From positions 7,564,001 to 7,628,000 of the forward strand of contig OZ024760.1 of the NCBI GenBank assembly GCA_964016885.1: DNA of 64,000 bases. The letters are read 5' to 3'. The notes under the pieces are model-generated. The model ran no database searches. It had not been told where the DNA came from and saw only the letters and a program-made list of their open reading frames with translations. Positions 38,801-52,463 of this stretch are shown piece by piece. The position numbers and the translations under genes were made by a program. Within the stretch, counting starts at the first letter, position 1. Each line of letters opens with the position of its first letter. Origin of the DNA: Eledone cirrhosa (lineage: Eukaryota).

Positions 38801-40833
38801 TACTACAGTGGCATTGCAGTGTCACAGTAGCGGTACTACAGTGGCATTGCAGTGTCACAGTAGCGGTACTACAGTGGCATTGCAGTGTTACAGCAGTGAT
38901 ACTACAGTGGCATTGCAGCGTCACAGTAGCGGTACTACAGTGTCATTGCAGTGTCACAGTAGCGGTACTACAGTGGCATTGCAGTGTCACAGTAGCGGTA
39001 CTACAGTGGCATTGCAGTGTCACAGTAGCGGTACTAGAGTGGCATTGCAGTGTCACAGTAGCGGTACTACAGTGTCACAGTAGCGGTACTACAGTGGCAT
39101 TGCAGTGTCACAGTAGCGGTACTACAGTGTCATTGCAGTGTCACAGTAGCGGTACTACAGCGGCATTGCAGTGTCACAGTAGCGGTACTACAGTGGCATT
39201 GCAGTGTTACAGCAGTGATACTACAGTGGCATTGCAGTGTCACAGTAGCGGTACTACAGTGTCATTGCAGTGTCACAGTAGCGGTACTACAGTGGCATTG
39301 CAGTGTTACAGCAGTGATACTACAGTGGCATTGCAGTGTCACAGTAGCGGTACTACAGTGTCATTGCAGTGTCACAGTAGCGGTACTAGAGTGGCATTGC
39401 AGTGTCACAGTAGCGGTACTACAGTGGCATTGCAGTGTCACAGTAGCGGTACTACAGTGGCATTGCAGTGTCACAGTAGCGGTACTACAGTGGCATTGCA
39501 GTGTCACAGTAGCGGTACTACAGTGGCATTGCAGTGTCACAGTAGCGGTACTACAGTGGCATTGCAGTGTCACAGTAGCGGTACTACAGTGGCATTGCAG
39601 TGTCACAGTAGCGGTACTACAGTGGCATTGCAGTGTCACAGTAGCGGTACTACAGTGGCATTGCAGTGTTACAGCAGTGATACTACAGTGGCATTGCAGT
39701 GTCACAGTAGCGGTACTACAGTGGCATTGCAGTGTCACAGTAGCGGTACTACAGTGGCATTGCAGTGTTACAGCAGTGATACTACAGTGGCATTGCAGTG
39801 TCACAGTAGCGGTACTACAGTGGCATTGCAGTGTTACAGTAGCGGTACTACAGTGTCACAGTAGCGGTACTACAGTGGCATTGCAGTGTCACAGTAGCGG
39901 TACTACAGTGGCATTGCAGTGTCACAGTAGCGGTACTACAGTGGCATTGCAGTGTCACAGTAGTGATACTACAGTGGCATTGCAGTGTCACAGTAGCGGT
40001 ACTACAGTGACATTGCAGTGTTACAGCAGTGATACTACAGTGGCATTGCAGTGTCACAGTAGCGGTACTACAGTGGCATTGCAGTGTTACAGCAGTGATA
40101 CTACAGTGGCATTGCAGTGTCACAGTAGCGGTACTACAGTGACATTGCAGTGTTACAGCAGTGATACTACAGTGGCATTGCAGTGTCACAGTAGCGGTAC
40201 TACAGTGGCATTGCAGTGTCACAGCAGTGGTACTACAGTGGCATTGCAGTGTCACAGTAGCGGTACTACAGTGTCATTGCAGTGTCACAGTAGCGGTACT
40301 AGAGTGGCATTGCAGTGTCACAGTAGCGGTACTACAGTGGCATTGCAGTGTCACAGTAGCGGTACTACAGTGGCATTGCAGCGTCACAGTAGCGGTACTA
40401 CAGTGGCATTGCAGTGTCACAGTAGCGGTACTACAGTGGCATTGCAGTGTCACAGTAGCGGTACTACAGTGTCATTGCAGTGTCACAGTAGCGGTACTAC
40501 AGTGTCATTGCAGTGTCACAGTAGCGGTACTACAGTGTCACAGTAGCGGTACTACAGTGGCATTGCAGTGTCACAGTAGCGGTACTACAGTGTCACAGTA
40601 GCGGTACTACAGTGGCATTGCAGTGTCACAGTAGCGGTACTACAGTGGCATTGCAGTGTCACAGTAGCGGTACTACAGTGTCACAGTAGCGGTACTACAG
40701 TGGCATTGCAGTGTCACAGTAGCAGTACTACAGTGTCACAGTAGCAGTACTACAGTGGAATTGCAGTGTCACAGTAGCGGTACTACAGTGGCATTGCAGT
40801 GTCACAGTAGCGGTACTACAGTGGCATTGCAGC
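35856..40833. repeat. 33-bp minisatellite (three 11-bp subunits, with 22-bp variants), about 5 kb, in a HUWE1 intron
   Basis: unit cagtggcattg-cagtgtcacag-tagcggtacta repeated. Confidence 0.97.
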
Positions 40834-40958
40834 ATTACTAGTGTCGACATTTCAATGTTATTACAGCAGTGTCATAACAGTGTCATTGCAGTGACAAGTG
40901 CCACTACAGTATTATGTTCATAGCAGGTATTTATATATTTATATTATCAAACTTCACA

Positions 40959-41043
<85 letters not shown>

Positions 41044-42287
41044 TGTGTACAGTTTAATTACATACACACGTATGTATACATAGTTTAATCCTTTAGCATT
41101 TACATTATTCTATATAGACTATTGTATGCTCACAATAAAGGCTATTCACCACATAATTATTTCACACATCAAATCTGAGATTTTTATATTTATTTTGAGA
41201 ACAATATCTTGAAGTCAGTATGAGGGGGCAGTTACAGCTGGTTTGAACAGAAAGAGGTGAGAGAATTCTGGCTGGATACAGCCAGTTTAAATGCTAAAGG
41301 GTTAATCATGTAACCATATTATATATAGGAACGATCGACTTTTCGTCAAATCGGACCGTTGGTCTTTCCAATTGCTAATACTATCTATCGGTCGCAACTC
41401 CAGGTAGAAGGAGCAACGTGAAATAAAGTGTCTTGCTCAAGGACATAACGCATCGCCTGGTCCAGGAATCGAACTCACAACCTTACGATTGCGAATCCAA
41501 TTCTCTAACCACTCAGCCACACGCCTTCATATTATATATATATATATATATATGCTAGTAGCGTGGAAGATGGACGTTAAATGATGATGATGATGTGTGT
41601 GTGAAAGTAAAGCAGTTACTGCTGCTAAGTACATCTCCATAATTAAATACTGTATATACTTATAAATTGTTTTTCTTTTAATTAAAAAAAATATATATAC
41701 AAAAAAACATAATTTATTTAGAAAACTTTACAACACATCTGTTGTAAAGATAATTTCCCTGTTAAAGCAGGGGTTAATTTTGTGGGCCCCACAAAAGGCT
41801 TTATGACTATCATGGAGTCCTTTTTGAAGCAATGTTTTACAGCTAAGTATCCTTCCTGGTGCCTGCTCCTTTACTATGAGTTTTTACCCACGGTTGGTTA
41901 AAGACTCAACCCTTCTTATGATGGGAAGGGCATCCAGCTGTAATAAAACCTGCCAAACAAGGGGTCACGCAGTGTAGTCTTCAACTATGCCAAAGACATG
42001 ACTACTTTCCTAGTGTTGGTGGTGAGAAAAAAATGTACAGTGGAGTGCTGGATCATGTGCCAGACCCCTGGCCCACATAGAGGTCAGAGGCTCTGATTGA
42101 GTACTGGCTGGTTTGTGACGACATGTCCAACCCTTGCTAGCAACGAAGAATGGACATTCTTGTTCATTCTCTTTTTGACTAAACATTTAAAAAAAAAAAA
42201 AAGAAAAGAAAAGGCAACATCCCTCTCCCAAAAAAACTCTATAATCTAAAGCAGAAATACCCAAAATAAAATGAAGATGGTTTTTAC

Positions 42288-43571
42288 CTGTCTTCTCTGG
42301 TGTTTCTTCTACTGAAGTCAACGTTTTATTTACGGCTTCAGACAGCGAAGATGTTAATGAGGCTAGATCTGCTTGGGTAGTAATAGCAGGAGAGGTGACA
42401 TTACCAGCTACAGCAGGTGCCCCAGCTATAGATAACGACATTGAGGTAGGAGCAGCTTGTGTAGTCACAGCTGCACTGACTGGGTTCAGAGTTGTAGGGC
42501 CTTCTTGTGGTTTCTGAGCCATCAATTCTGGTAATCCGATTGAAACTAGTCCTAACAAACGTAACAATCTGTCCGTTAACATTTGACTCGAGTGAATGAC
42601 AGGATGTGACAGCATCGCCATTAACTGTCCTAGAGGAGAAGATTCAAAGTCTGTAACATTGTAGGTTTCCATGTCTACACCTGATGTGCTGTGTAACCGC
42701 TGTAGACCCTTGCCCTTTCGGTTGGTGAGACCATCCAGGCGCACTAGAAGGTCCCAGAAGTCTGAATCTGGCCGACTACTTCCGCTTGGTTCCTGTTTGT
42801 CAGATCGCTCCTTAATACGTGGACTGCTTGGAGTCCCCTCAGATTTGTCTTTCTGTTTATCAACATCGTCTTTGTCCTTGCCATCTTTGTCTTTGCCATC
42901 TTTGTCCTTGTCTGTATCACATTTGGAAACTTCCTTAGCTTTCCTGAGGGGGAGGAACTGACTAGGAAAGCTCTTTGCTAATGATATTAGAGAGTCCAAG
43001 ACATGTCTACACACCACAGGAGCGGCTTGATGATGTATAGTGACGGTAGAGTTAGCCAAATTGGGATGTTTCTTGCCAGACCGTTGGATCTGGAAAACAT
43101 TAGTCCTGCAACCAAGTGCTGCTTCAAGGCTGATAGACAACCACGACGCTTGGTTCTTTGTATCTACTTTTAAGGCAGCTATGCTGTCAGTTTGCATGGA
43201 ATGGGACCGTTTCCTCATCGATTTGTCACCTTTACCCTTTTCCCCCACAACACCGTCAAATCTTGTACAGTTGCTGGTTCGCTGGAGGATTGAGAGGAGG
43301 GCCCGTACCACCCAGGCTCGAGTCGGGGCATGGTAGCAGAGGTTGCGAAAGACACGATGAAGACGGTTTGTGTTAATTTTAGGCTCATCAAGAAACAGCA
43401 GTACAAGCAAACAGGTCAGGGCTTCGTGGTCAAGCAGTAGTCGTCCTCGCAGTTTAACAGAATTGGCATTTAAATTGCTCTGTCCAGGACGGTTTCCACT
43501 CCAACACCATTGGTTACCACTACGTGGTGCAGCTCGAATTGCATAGCGTGTACCCAATCTTCCAGCAAGAC
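42288..43571 (-). CDS. HUWE1: HUWE1 large exon (RGRLLLDHEALTCLLVLLFLDEPKINTNRLHRVFRNLCYH...DFWDLLVRLD...)
   Basis: 1284 nt, phase 1-1; strongly HUWE1-like sequence. Confidence 0.95.
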
Positions 43572-44082
43572 CTATAGAGAAGAAACCAATATATTTCAGA
43601 ACTAGTAGATAGGGTTGAAACAGGTGTTTATACAATAGACTTTCAGGAAATAAAGTAAATATATAAAGTAAATATATAAACAAGTAATAAACTATTAAGA
43701 ATCTTTCTGAGAAAAGAAAATGTAAAATTTAAGTTTTAAACTGACAATGTTTAAAGTCAATTATATTATCTCTCTTCTCCATATTTTGATATTTGGGAGA
43801 GAAAATTTCAACACAGATTTAAGTATTTAAAAAAATATATTTCCCACCCACCTCCATGAGCCTGTAATTTAAAGAGTAAAGATATAACAACACCACCAAA
43901 AATAATGCATAATAATAATAATAATAGAAAGACAATTAGAAAACAAGAAACTGGTCCAGTAAGTCAATAAATAAAAGGACTCGTCAGGAATCTTAAAATA
44001 TATTGTTGAGTAGTAAGAAAATGATACTCCAGAGTAGAGTAAGAATTGTTTTTTCTTTCTTTGTAATGATGAATTAACTGAC

Positions 44083-44374
44083 CAGTTTGCCGGAGTATAG
44101 CTGACAGCGAACCTGCACTAGCTTGAGCAAAGAAACGTTCTTGCATTAAGCGACGGTGGCGTTCTTCCAATTCTCTCCGCAGCGCCTGGGCTTCAGCAGC
44201 CAGATCGGGTGGTAACACAGCAACCATGCTATCGTCCATATCTGCTAGCACTTGTTGACGTAGAGAACTTGGTAGAGAAGCAAAGAAATTTGCTGGATCT
44301 ACTGGGGTTTCGGGGTTGGTAGGGTTCTGCTGGGCAGTCAACCTGGCTTGTTCAGCACGTTGCTGAGACAGTAC
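44083..44374 (-). CDS. HUWE1: HUWE1 exon with third UBM ([25 protein letters not shown]...)
   Basis: 292 nt, phase 0-1. Confidence 0.95.
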
Positions 44375-44790
44375 CTGCAATATTTAGCAAATTATTTGTT
44401 AAAGTGTGAGGAAATCACTGATTGAGAGAGAGAGAGAGAGAGAGTGTGTGTGTGTTGAGAAAGTGTATGGTGCAAAATATCATAAACAATTTACAAATAG
44501 AAAATGAAATAGAGAAAGACTGAAAGGTTGTCTTCAGCGTGCTAAAGATTAGTGTCAGCTTTCTCTGTCAGCAGGAGTTGGAAAACTTCACAGTCCAAGT
44601 CAATACCTCTCAGACCGGCTGGAGGAGCAGGGCCCCGCATCTTGCATACATACGACCCCATGAGTGTATTTTATCATGACACTAGTACTAGAGAGGTTAT
44701 GTCTGACACAGCTGAATGTCTCCCCAGCTTCAGAGCGTACTAGGGGAGGTGTTTATTGTGTAATCAATGCCACACCATAGGTCACAAGTT

Positions 44791-45221
44791 TACAAATGTC
44801 GGCTGAAAAGTTCATAGGCTGGCTATGAAGGAGTGATGCTAGAGCTGTGAAACTTGCATGCATTAATTTCAACTTAATAACGGCATTGTTTCTTTCCAGG
44901 GACTATGTTGAAAAATAAACCTCATTTAGCTATTGCATTAGAGTATCTTAATCATAGGCTGACAATGAAGGAGTAATGCTAGAGCTGTGAAATCATGCAT
45001 ACATTAATTGCGACTGTTTCTTTCCAGGGAGTATGTTGAAAAATAAATCTCATTTGATCATTCCATGAGAGTATCTTAATCATAGGCTGACAATGAAGGA
45101 GTAATGCTAGAGCTGTGAAATCATGCATACATTAATTGCGACTGTTTCTTTCCAGGGAGTATGTTGAAAAATAAATCTCATTTGATCATTCCATGAGAGT
45201 ATCTTGGTCAGCCCACCCTCA
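44791..45221. mobile_element. mariner-like MITE with an internal ~128-bp triplication
   Basis: ggctgaaaagttcataggctg terminus; unit restarts at 44814, 44953 and 45081. Confidence 0.65.
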
Positions 45222-45278
45222 TAACAATCAGTAAAATAAAAGAACTTAAACCTGGTCCCCAGAAGTGTTTTAACTCAC

Positions 45279-45484
45279 CTCTTCTTGTATAGCAGGTGGC
45301 AGTGCAGCCAAGAACTCAGGATTCACCTCCAAATGACCCATACTACTACTACTATTCTGAGCTTGTTGTTGAGCTCTTTGTTGAATGCGTTGCAATCGAA
45401 GCTGTTCTGCTATCACTTCTTGTCGAATGTTATCGGGTAATGCCGCCAAAAATGATGGATCAACACCTTCAGGTAGTGATGGCT
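45279..45484 (-). CDS. HUWE1: HUWE1 exon with ubiquitin-binding motifs ([21 protein letters not shown]; [17 protein letters not shown])
   Basis: 206 nt, phase 1-0; UBM repeats characteristic of HUWE1. Confidence 0.95.
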
Positions 45485-46197
45485 CTGAAATAATCGAGAA
45501 ATAGTTAAAAAAAACGTTTACAAAATACATCATCATCATATTCACCATTTTAGTTTTTCCATGCTAGCATGGATTCTGGTCAACACACATTGACGGCAAC
45601 TGTAGGTCATGACCTCCATTTTAGTGGGCGTTAGCACAACAATGTTAACTACATGTTAAAAGCAAAGACACACACACAAGTCAGCTCATTTGTGCAGTCA
45701 TTAGAGTACCTTGCAGTGTTTGTTCTGTCTCTCCCTGCTCTAAGTTCACACAATGCATTTCATCAGATATACACTTCCAACAGTGTTTATTCTCTCTTCC
45801 CACTGAGTTCACACAATCTATTTCATTAGATATACACACACCAAAAGATTCTGATGGCAACCAAAGCCAATCCTGGGTCTATGAAACAAAACCAACCAAC
45901 TTACAGAGTTCTTATTTAAATTGAAATCTCCCAACAAAATTTCACAGAAAAGTGTGGAAAAGATTGATGATATTTTAGTAAATCTCTCAAAATTCTTAAT
46001 TAAAATACAGTGTATGTCATTAGAAATACAATTACAGAAAAATTTATAATTTCAGTAAATCTCTCAAAAATCTTCATTAATTAATTATAATAAATTGCAT
46101 TTTATTAGAAATATGATGACAAAAAGTTTTTTAAAGGGAAATAATACAATGTATGTGAACAAAATACCAAACAACTTTCAAAAACGAAAGGTCTCAC

Positions 46198-46349
46198 CTC
46201 CTTGTTCTTGGTTTGCTGGTTGAGGTTGGTTAAACCCACCATCGGGACCATACATACTTAATGGTCTGTCTGTACCAGAGACTATATTATTGCTTTCTGT
46301 GGTTGCTGTATTAATAAAAGCTGTGCCAGCCAATACATCTGTCATATTA
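46198..46349 (-). CDS. HUWE1: HUWE1 exon (NMTDVLAGTAFINT...)
   Basis: ttcag/gtgaga sites, 152 nt, phase 2-1. Confidence 0.82.
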
Positions 46350-47134
46350 CTGAAATTAAAGAAATATACCAGCATTAAAGCAACAGTTATTAACCATAGA
46401 GTTATGAAGGCAAATGGCTTAGTGATTAGAGCATGGGCTTACAATCGTGAGATTGTGAGTTCAATTCCGGGACCAGGCTGTGTTGTGACCTTGAGCAAGA
46501 CACTTTATTTCATGTTCTCCAGTTGTAGAAATGAGTTGCAACATCACTGATGCCAAGTTATATCGGCCTTGGGACATCATCGATGGTGTGGAGAAGGGAG
46601 ACTGGTATGCATGGGTGACTGCTGGTCTTCCACAAACACACATTGCCCAGACTTGTGCCTCGGAAGGGAACTTTCTATGTGCAATCCCATTGTCATTTGT
46701 GATAGAAGGGGATCTTTACCCTGTGTATGAACAAGACAGTCATCTGATCTGACTTGTCTCATAACAGGACAACTCGTCTAACCCATGCTAGCTTGGAAAA
46801 TGGAGGTTAAATGGTTGTTAATGATGATTTCCTCCTTAATTTACATTACCTAGCTGCTTTATTTACTACTCAGCCAGCCAACCAACCATTGAAAATAATA
46901 AACAAAGTAGTCATTAATACCATTTCCATGTATAATCTGTGTCTATCACATTTTGAATGTTAAACAGATTTTTACTGAAATAACTAATTATTTTACAAAT
47001 ATATAACATTGCCTGAGGTTATCCACAATGGCAGGAGTATATTCACAAAGCTCCATCATATGATCGGTCACATTCTAATTAAAATAGAGAAGGAAGATAA
47101 TCCCTAAAAAAAAATGGAAGGAAGAGGTACTTAC

Positions 47135-47216
47135 TTTGCTGTTAAGCTTGAAGTCAACTGTGGAATACTCATCCCACTCGCCTGAGTTCGAATAGGAGCT
47201 GTTGGGTCAATAACCA
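47135..47216 (-). CDS. HUWE1: HUWE1 exon (VIDPTAPIRTQASGMSIPQLTSSLTA)
   Basis: ttacag/gtaagt sites, 82 nt, phase 1-2; exactly bridges the flanking phases. Confidence 0.8.
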
Positions 47217-47972
47217 CTGTAAAATTGAAATAAACACTTCAGTGAAACAGTTTATAATCTTTTCAACATTCTAGTCAATATTTCTCTTCCAATAAGTTTG
47301 TGGATAGCATTAAACTGTTGATTTGTTCACGTTAAAGTTAAAGTATCAGTCTGTGTGTGTTTAGAGAGAGTATAGTAGTGGTCAGTTTTGTTAGGAGAAA
47401 TCAAAGACTATATCAACATACAATGGTTTTTGACTCAAGTGAATCATTTATCAGTGTTTCCGCAGTGATCAACTATGGGTACAATGAAAGTAATTCCAGG
47501 AGTATTTATATACAATATAATAAGTAACATGAATTTGACAACTTCACAGTTAAAGGACTAATATTTATTATATAATTGACACATGTTTCGCCAGTCTGCA
47601 GGTGAACAAGATCTAGACACAGTGTTACTGCAAAATATTGGAAATTGAATTCTCTGATAAATCCTATCAGAATAGCATTTCTAGATCTTATTGTAGCTGC
47701 AGACTGGCAAAACATGCCAATTATATAATCAATGTTAGTACTTTAACTGAAGTTGTCACATCATGTTAATTATTATAATATATATATATATATAAGTATA
47801 TCTCTAATGACTTGATTTTTTATTTCATTGTTTTAACTTATATCATGAGTGTTTTCCTTTTAATGTTTTGTTTTCCGAGATTTACCTTAACCTACAGCAT
47901 TTTCAACATATGGATTACATCGAGTTCATGCAGAATAGACCCCACAACTTACTGTGGATACCTCTGTGTGTT

Positions 47973-48033
<61 letters not shown>

Positions 48034-48494
48034 TTTAACGTATCTTCCACGCTAGCATGGGTTAGACAGGAATTGTCCCATTTGAGGCAAGATTGGTCAG
48101 GTGAGCGTGTGTCACTCGTATAGGACTATCTGGCAGGTTTTCTACGGTTGTATGCCCTTCCTAACACCAACCACATTTACAGTGTGAACTGGGAGCTTTT
48201 TACCGTGTTACCTACACGACCACATTACAGCATGGACAGTGTATTTTTATATATATATATATATATATAAGATGCCTATACACTACCAATGTATTGAGTA
48301 CCTTTTCTAACTGTGGTTAACCCCAACAATTTGACATACACACAGTGTGACTAAAATAAAAATAGCCCCATTTTTATTTTTGTCTACATTATTTTTTGAC
48401 AAACTAACTTCTAGATTCCTCCCAGCCTATTTCTGGGTGAGACTGGCCATGCTGCTTGTCATGTTTTGAGAGAGAGAAAGATATAGGGATAGAG

Positions 48495-48553
<59 letters not shown>

Positions 48554-48914
48554 AAAATTAGAATTTGGTTTTTCACTCCAACATAACAGATTACATAAAA
48601 GTAAGTATGGGTTTAATAATAATTGTTTCTACTTTAGGCACAAGGCCAGCACATATCCAGTGCATTACTGGTACTTTATTTTATCGACCCCGTAAGGATG
48701 AAAGGCAAAGTCAACCTCGGCAGGATTTGAACTCAGATCGTAAAGGGACGTAACTATGCTGGAAAGCATGGCGTCCGACCCTCTACTGATACTGCCAATG
48801 ATAATAATAACATAAGGCTGTTTCCTTGCAAACGAATCAAATATTATTATTTGATAAACCCATACTTAGAGAGAGAGGATATATATATAGGGCAAGAGAG
48901 AGAATGTTAGTTAC

Positions 48915-49243
48915 CAGTGCCTGTAGAATGTATGCTGGCAGGATTATTGGCAGCAGTAGTTGTTGGCAATCCTAAAACGTCAGGCATTGCACCAAAAACA
49001 GCCGAAGATGAAGCACTGAGATCTATTGATGTGCTAGTCTCTGGAGTAAAGCCAGTAGCTGGTTGTTTCTCTTCAGCATCAGAACTCTGCCTCAATACAG
49101 GTTGAAAAGACACAGCTCCTGCATCTTGGCTGCTGCTTGCAGCTGCACCTTCCTCTGGTGCAGTTGCTGCACTGTTGTCAGAAGTCACCATTACTTCCAT
49201 GGGAGTCTCATCTTCCAAGTTGGAATTTTTGTTTCTTGCCGTC
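48915..49243 (-). CDS. HUWE1: HUWE1 exon, S/T/A-rich
   Basis: cacag/gtaact sites, 329 nt, phase 2-1. Confidence 0.82.
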
Positions 49244-50484
49244 CTGTGGAGGGAATAAAAAAGGAAGAAATTAAAATTTTTTAAAAAGTTCCCTTTTTTT
49301 GTACCAAACTGCTGCCGTTTCTATGAAACTAAACCACCCATTTTAAAGGGTTCTTATTTATATTAAAATCAACCATCATAATGATATAAGAACCTCTTGT
49401 TAACCCTTCAGTATTTACATTACTTTATATTTACTATTATATTTTCATGGTAAAGGCTTTATTTCACATAATATCGAATCTATGAGATTTTGATATTTAT
49501 TTTGAGAACAATACCTTAACATCAGTATGAGCAGCCAGTTACAGCTGATTTGAACAGAAAGAGGTGAGAATTCTGGCCAGATACGGCCAGTTTAAATGCT
49601 AAAGGGTTGAGTTGTGTTACTAATACCATCTTAATAAAATAATTTTAGGGAATTCTTCCAAATTCTTTAATTAATTCAGATAGACTGAAATATTATTTAA
49701 ACACTTCATGCAGACTACTCTGCTCAGGCATTTTCACCTCTATCCTTTGTTATTGAGTACATTTTATTGTGATACCAGCACTAGAGAAGTTGTAATGTCC
49801 TTGACACAACCGAAGAGTCCTGCCAACCCTTTATTTGGAGGGTTTTCTGCAGCTTGATGCCCTTCCTATCACCAACCAATTTACAGTAGATCACCAACAC
49901 TAGGATGTTGTCATGCCCTTGACACAGTTGAAGAGTCCACCCAATACCCTTCCTATCAGCAACCACTTTACAGAGTGTTCTGGGTGTGTTTATTAAGAAG
50001 ATCACTACCACACGGAAAGTTGCCAAGTCTTTGACACAACTGAAGAATACTGCTGACTATTTGTTTGGAAGGCTTTCTACAAATCAGTGTCTTTCTTATC
50101 ACCAACCACTTTACAGAGTGTACTAGGTGTGTTTATCATGTAAATCACCAACACAAGGAAGGTTATCTGAAGAGCTCTCCTTTTAATAAATAAAAAGAGT
50201 ACATATCATCTAAGATGGTGTATACATACACATATAAACAGACAAACTACACACTGCAACAGTCACACTCCTCATGTATTTTATTGTGGTGCCAGATTGA
50301 AGTTGTGGTATAATCAACAAGGCTAAAGAAATCCTCTAAACTCTGCACTGTGTTCATCTGAAAGCCAACTATTTTACAGAGTGTACTGGGTGCGTTATAT
50401 TTGTGGCACCAAAAGATGGCACTTTATTTATATGAAACATTTAACAAAGAACTAAGAAATTTTTAGTTTTAATGTGATACATAC

Positions 50485-50785
50485 AGCCGGGTCCGCAATG
50501 AAGGTACAGGTGCTCTGGGGGTGGTCACTGTAATTGGTTGAGGAGGGGTAGAGACTGACTCAGCCAAAACTTGACCAGCCGTGCACAAAAGTCCAATTCC
50601 ATCTGAAGTAGTTGAAGCTGTAGGTTGTGCTGCACTGTCCCCCGTCGGAAGAGGGACACTGCTTGTCACAGTAGAGAAATCAGACTTCTCCTCTGAAGAC
50701 GGCTGGTTTCCAGGAGGGGCCCAGGTAGCGCCCTGCTCTGACAGTTCAGCCTCCATAGCAGAACTCTGACTTTCTGTAGTGACAC
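50485..50785 (-). CDS. HUWE1: HUWE1 exon, S/T/P-rich
   Basis: tttag/gtatgt sites, 301 nt, phase 1-2. Confidence 0.82.
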
Positions 50786-52026
50786 CTAAAGTAGAAACAC
50801 GGAGGAGAAAGAGGAGAAGATTGTGTTAAAATTGCAAAAAAAAAAAAAAAAAAAAAATGTTATCCATATCAAAATTCAAAGTATATATGTATGTAAATAA
50901 TTGTTTCTACGTTAGGCACAAGGCCAGCAATTACCCAGTGCATTACTGGTACTTTATTTTATCGACCCCAGTAAGGATGAAAGACAAAGTTAACCTCGGC
51001 GGGATTTGAACTCAGAATGGCAAGGGCCGTAACTCTATACGTCAAAGCATGGCGTCCGACCCTCTCCCAATACTGCCAATCCACCGCCCTATGTATGTAA
51101 ATAATGACTTTAAAGTTTATGTCTTTTGCATCGTCGTTTGATATCGTATTTATGTGATATTCATCTTTAGTTCATTCTGTTTATTTCTTTAACATCTTCA
51201 GTGCCGTAGACAAGATAACTCATCCTAACATGTTTGAACTTGTTCCAACAGTTCATAACTTCAAAGTGAGATGGGGTTACTAGTTTATTGATGTGACAGT
51301 TGTCAATCATTCAGATATGACGTAGGGTTTCCAAATAAATTAGTAACTAACCTAACCTTAAAAACTGTATTCTTGATGTTTTTCTGCTTTACTGTGTAGT
51401 TTGAATGTTGTTGAAGCCTCGAGTTAGTAAATGTTTGTTTTAAAAAATTTCGTTTTACTGGGAGAGGGGGGGGGGGGGGGGGGCAGCACAGCAACTGTAA
51501 CTGTGTAGAATATACATGGCAGTCAACAGGTTAATGGCTTGGGTATTTTTGCTCTTTTTTGTGTTGTGTTGTATGGACTAGACTTCCCAATGCGTGGCAT
51601 CACATCATCTAGGTGGATAGTTTTGAGGTCTAAAGTTGAGAGACGACCATAGAAGGTGGAGCACTGCCTATTACGTAATGGGGTCATAGCCACTGTAAAT
51701 AGCTTTATTATATAAAAACTATGTAATAGGACAGCTACAACTTGATAATGTCCATCTTCTCCATTTGGCAGCTGTTGTAGGCCATGTTCGGTTTGCTGAT
51801 TTTGGAAAGGTCGGTAGTCCATATTTGTTTTGCTGAATTTGGAGTATGGGTTGCAGGTTGGTTTAGTAGGAGTCGTGAGTGTTTTGTGGACTGATTGGAG
51901 CAATGATGATCTTATTTACGCATATAAGAACTCATCCTGTGCCTCACGAATCCACATTCGTGAAGAAATTATGAAAAAAATAAATAAAAGAACAATAGAC
52001 AAAACAAAAGGAAGAAAAACACCAAC

Positions 52027-52126
52027 CTGTAGGGGTGATATTATTTTCTTTCCCAGGGACAGATCTTAAATTTGACGGCAAAATAGGTGTGCTAGTTGCT
52101 TCATTACCACTTCCTTGTGAAGATAC
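52027..52126 (-). CDS. HUWE1: HUWE1 exon, low complexity (VSSQGSGNEATSTP...)
   Basis: ttgcag/gttggt sites, 100 nt, phase 0-1. Confidence 0.8.
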
Positions 52127-52275
52127 CTGCAACAAAAACGGAACAGTTTTAGTTTATAACAAGCAAGTGTTTTATGGTAATTTCCCTGGTAAAACTGAAG
52201 TTAAAAAAAAAAATGATAATGAGGTCAGAGGGGCAATTATTCGAGACCCAAGCATATAAAAATACTTAAACTTAC

Positions 52276-52463
52276 TTCCATGTTTGAAGTAGGAGCTTCA
52301 GTCTTTTTCTCAGCATTAGCACTGTCGTATTTTGTTTCTTCTGTTTTGTTTTGAGCTTTCTGAACAGCTTCCTCTTCGGCTGCTTTACGTCGCTTCTCTC
52401 GACGTTCTTCTAATTCTGTGTTACGATGTTTCTCCAAAATATCAATGATCTGACTCTTCAAAA
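52276..52463 (-). CDS. HUWE1: HUWE1 exon (LKSQIIDILEKHRNTELEERREKRRK...)
   Basis: AAG acceptor required by phase, gtaagt donor, 188 nt; ELEERREKRRK motif. Confidence 0.88.

Noticed and set aside
35807-40601. Long Cys/His-rich ORFs (LQCHSSGTTVA repeats)
   Set aside because: A by-product of a 33-bp unit with stop-free frames; frames switch at 22-bp variants; located inside a HUWE1 intron.
51523-51903. 126-aa ORF in a HUWE1 intron
   Set aside because: No recognisable motif, and the flanking exons already join in frame.
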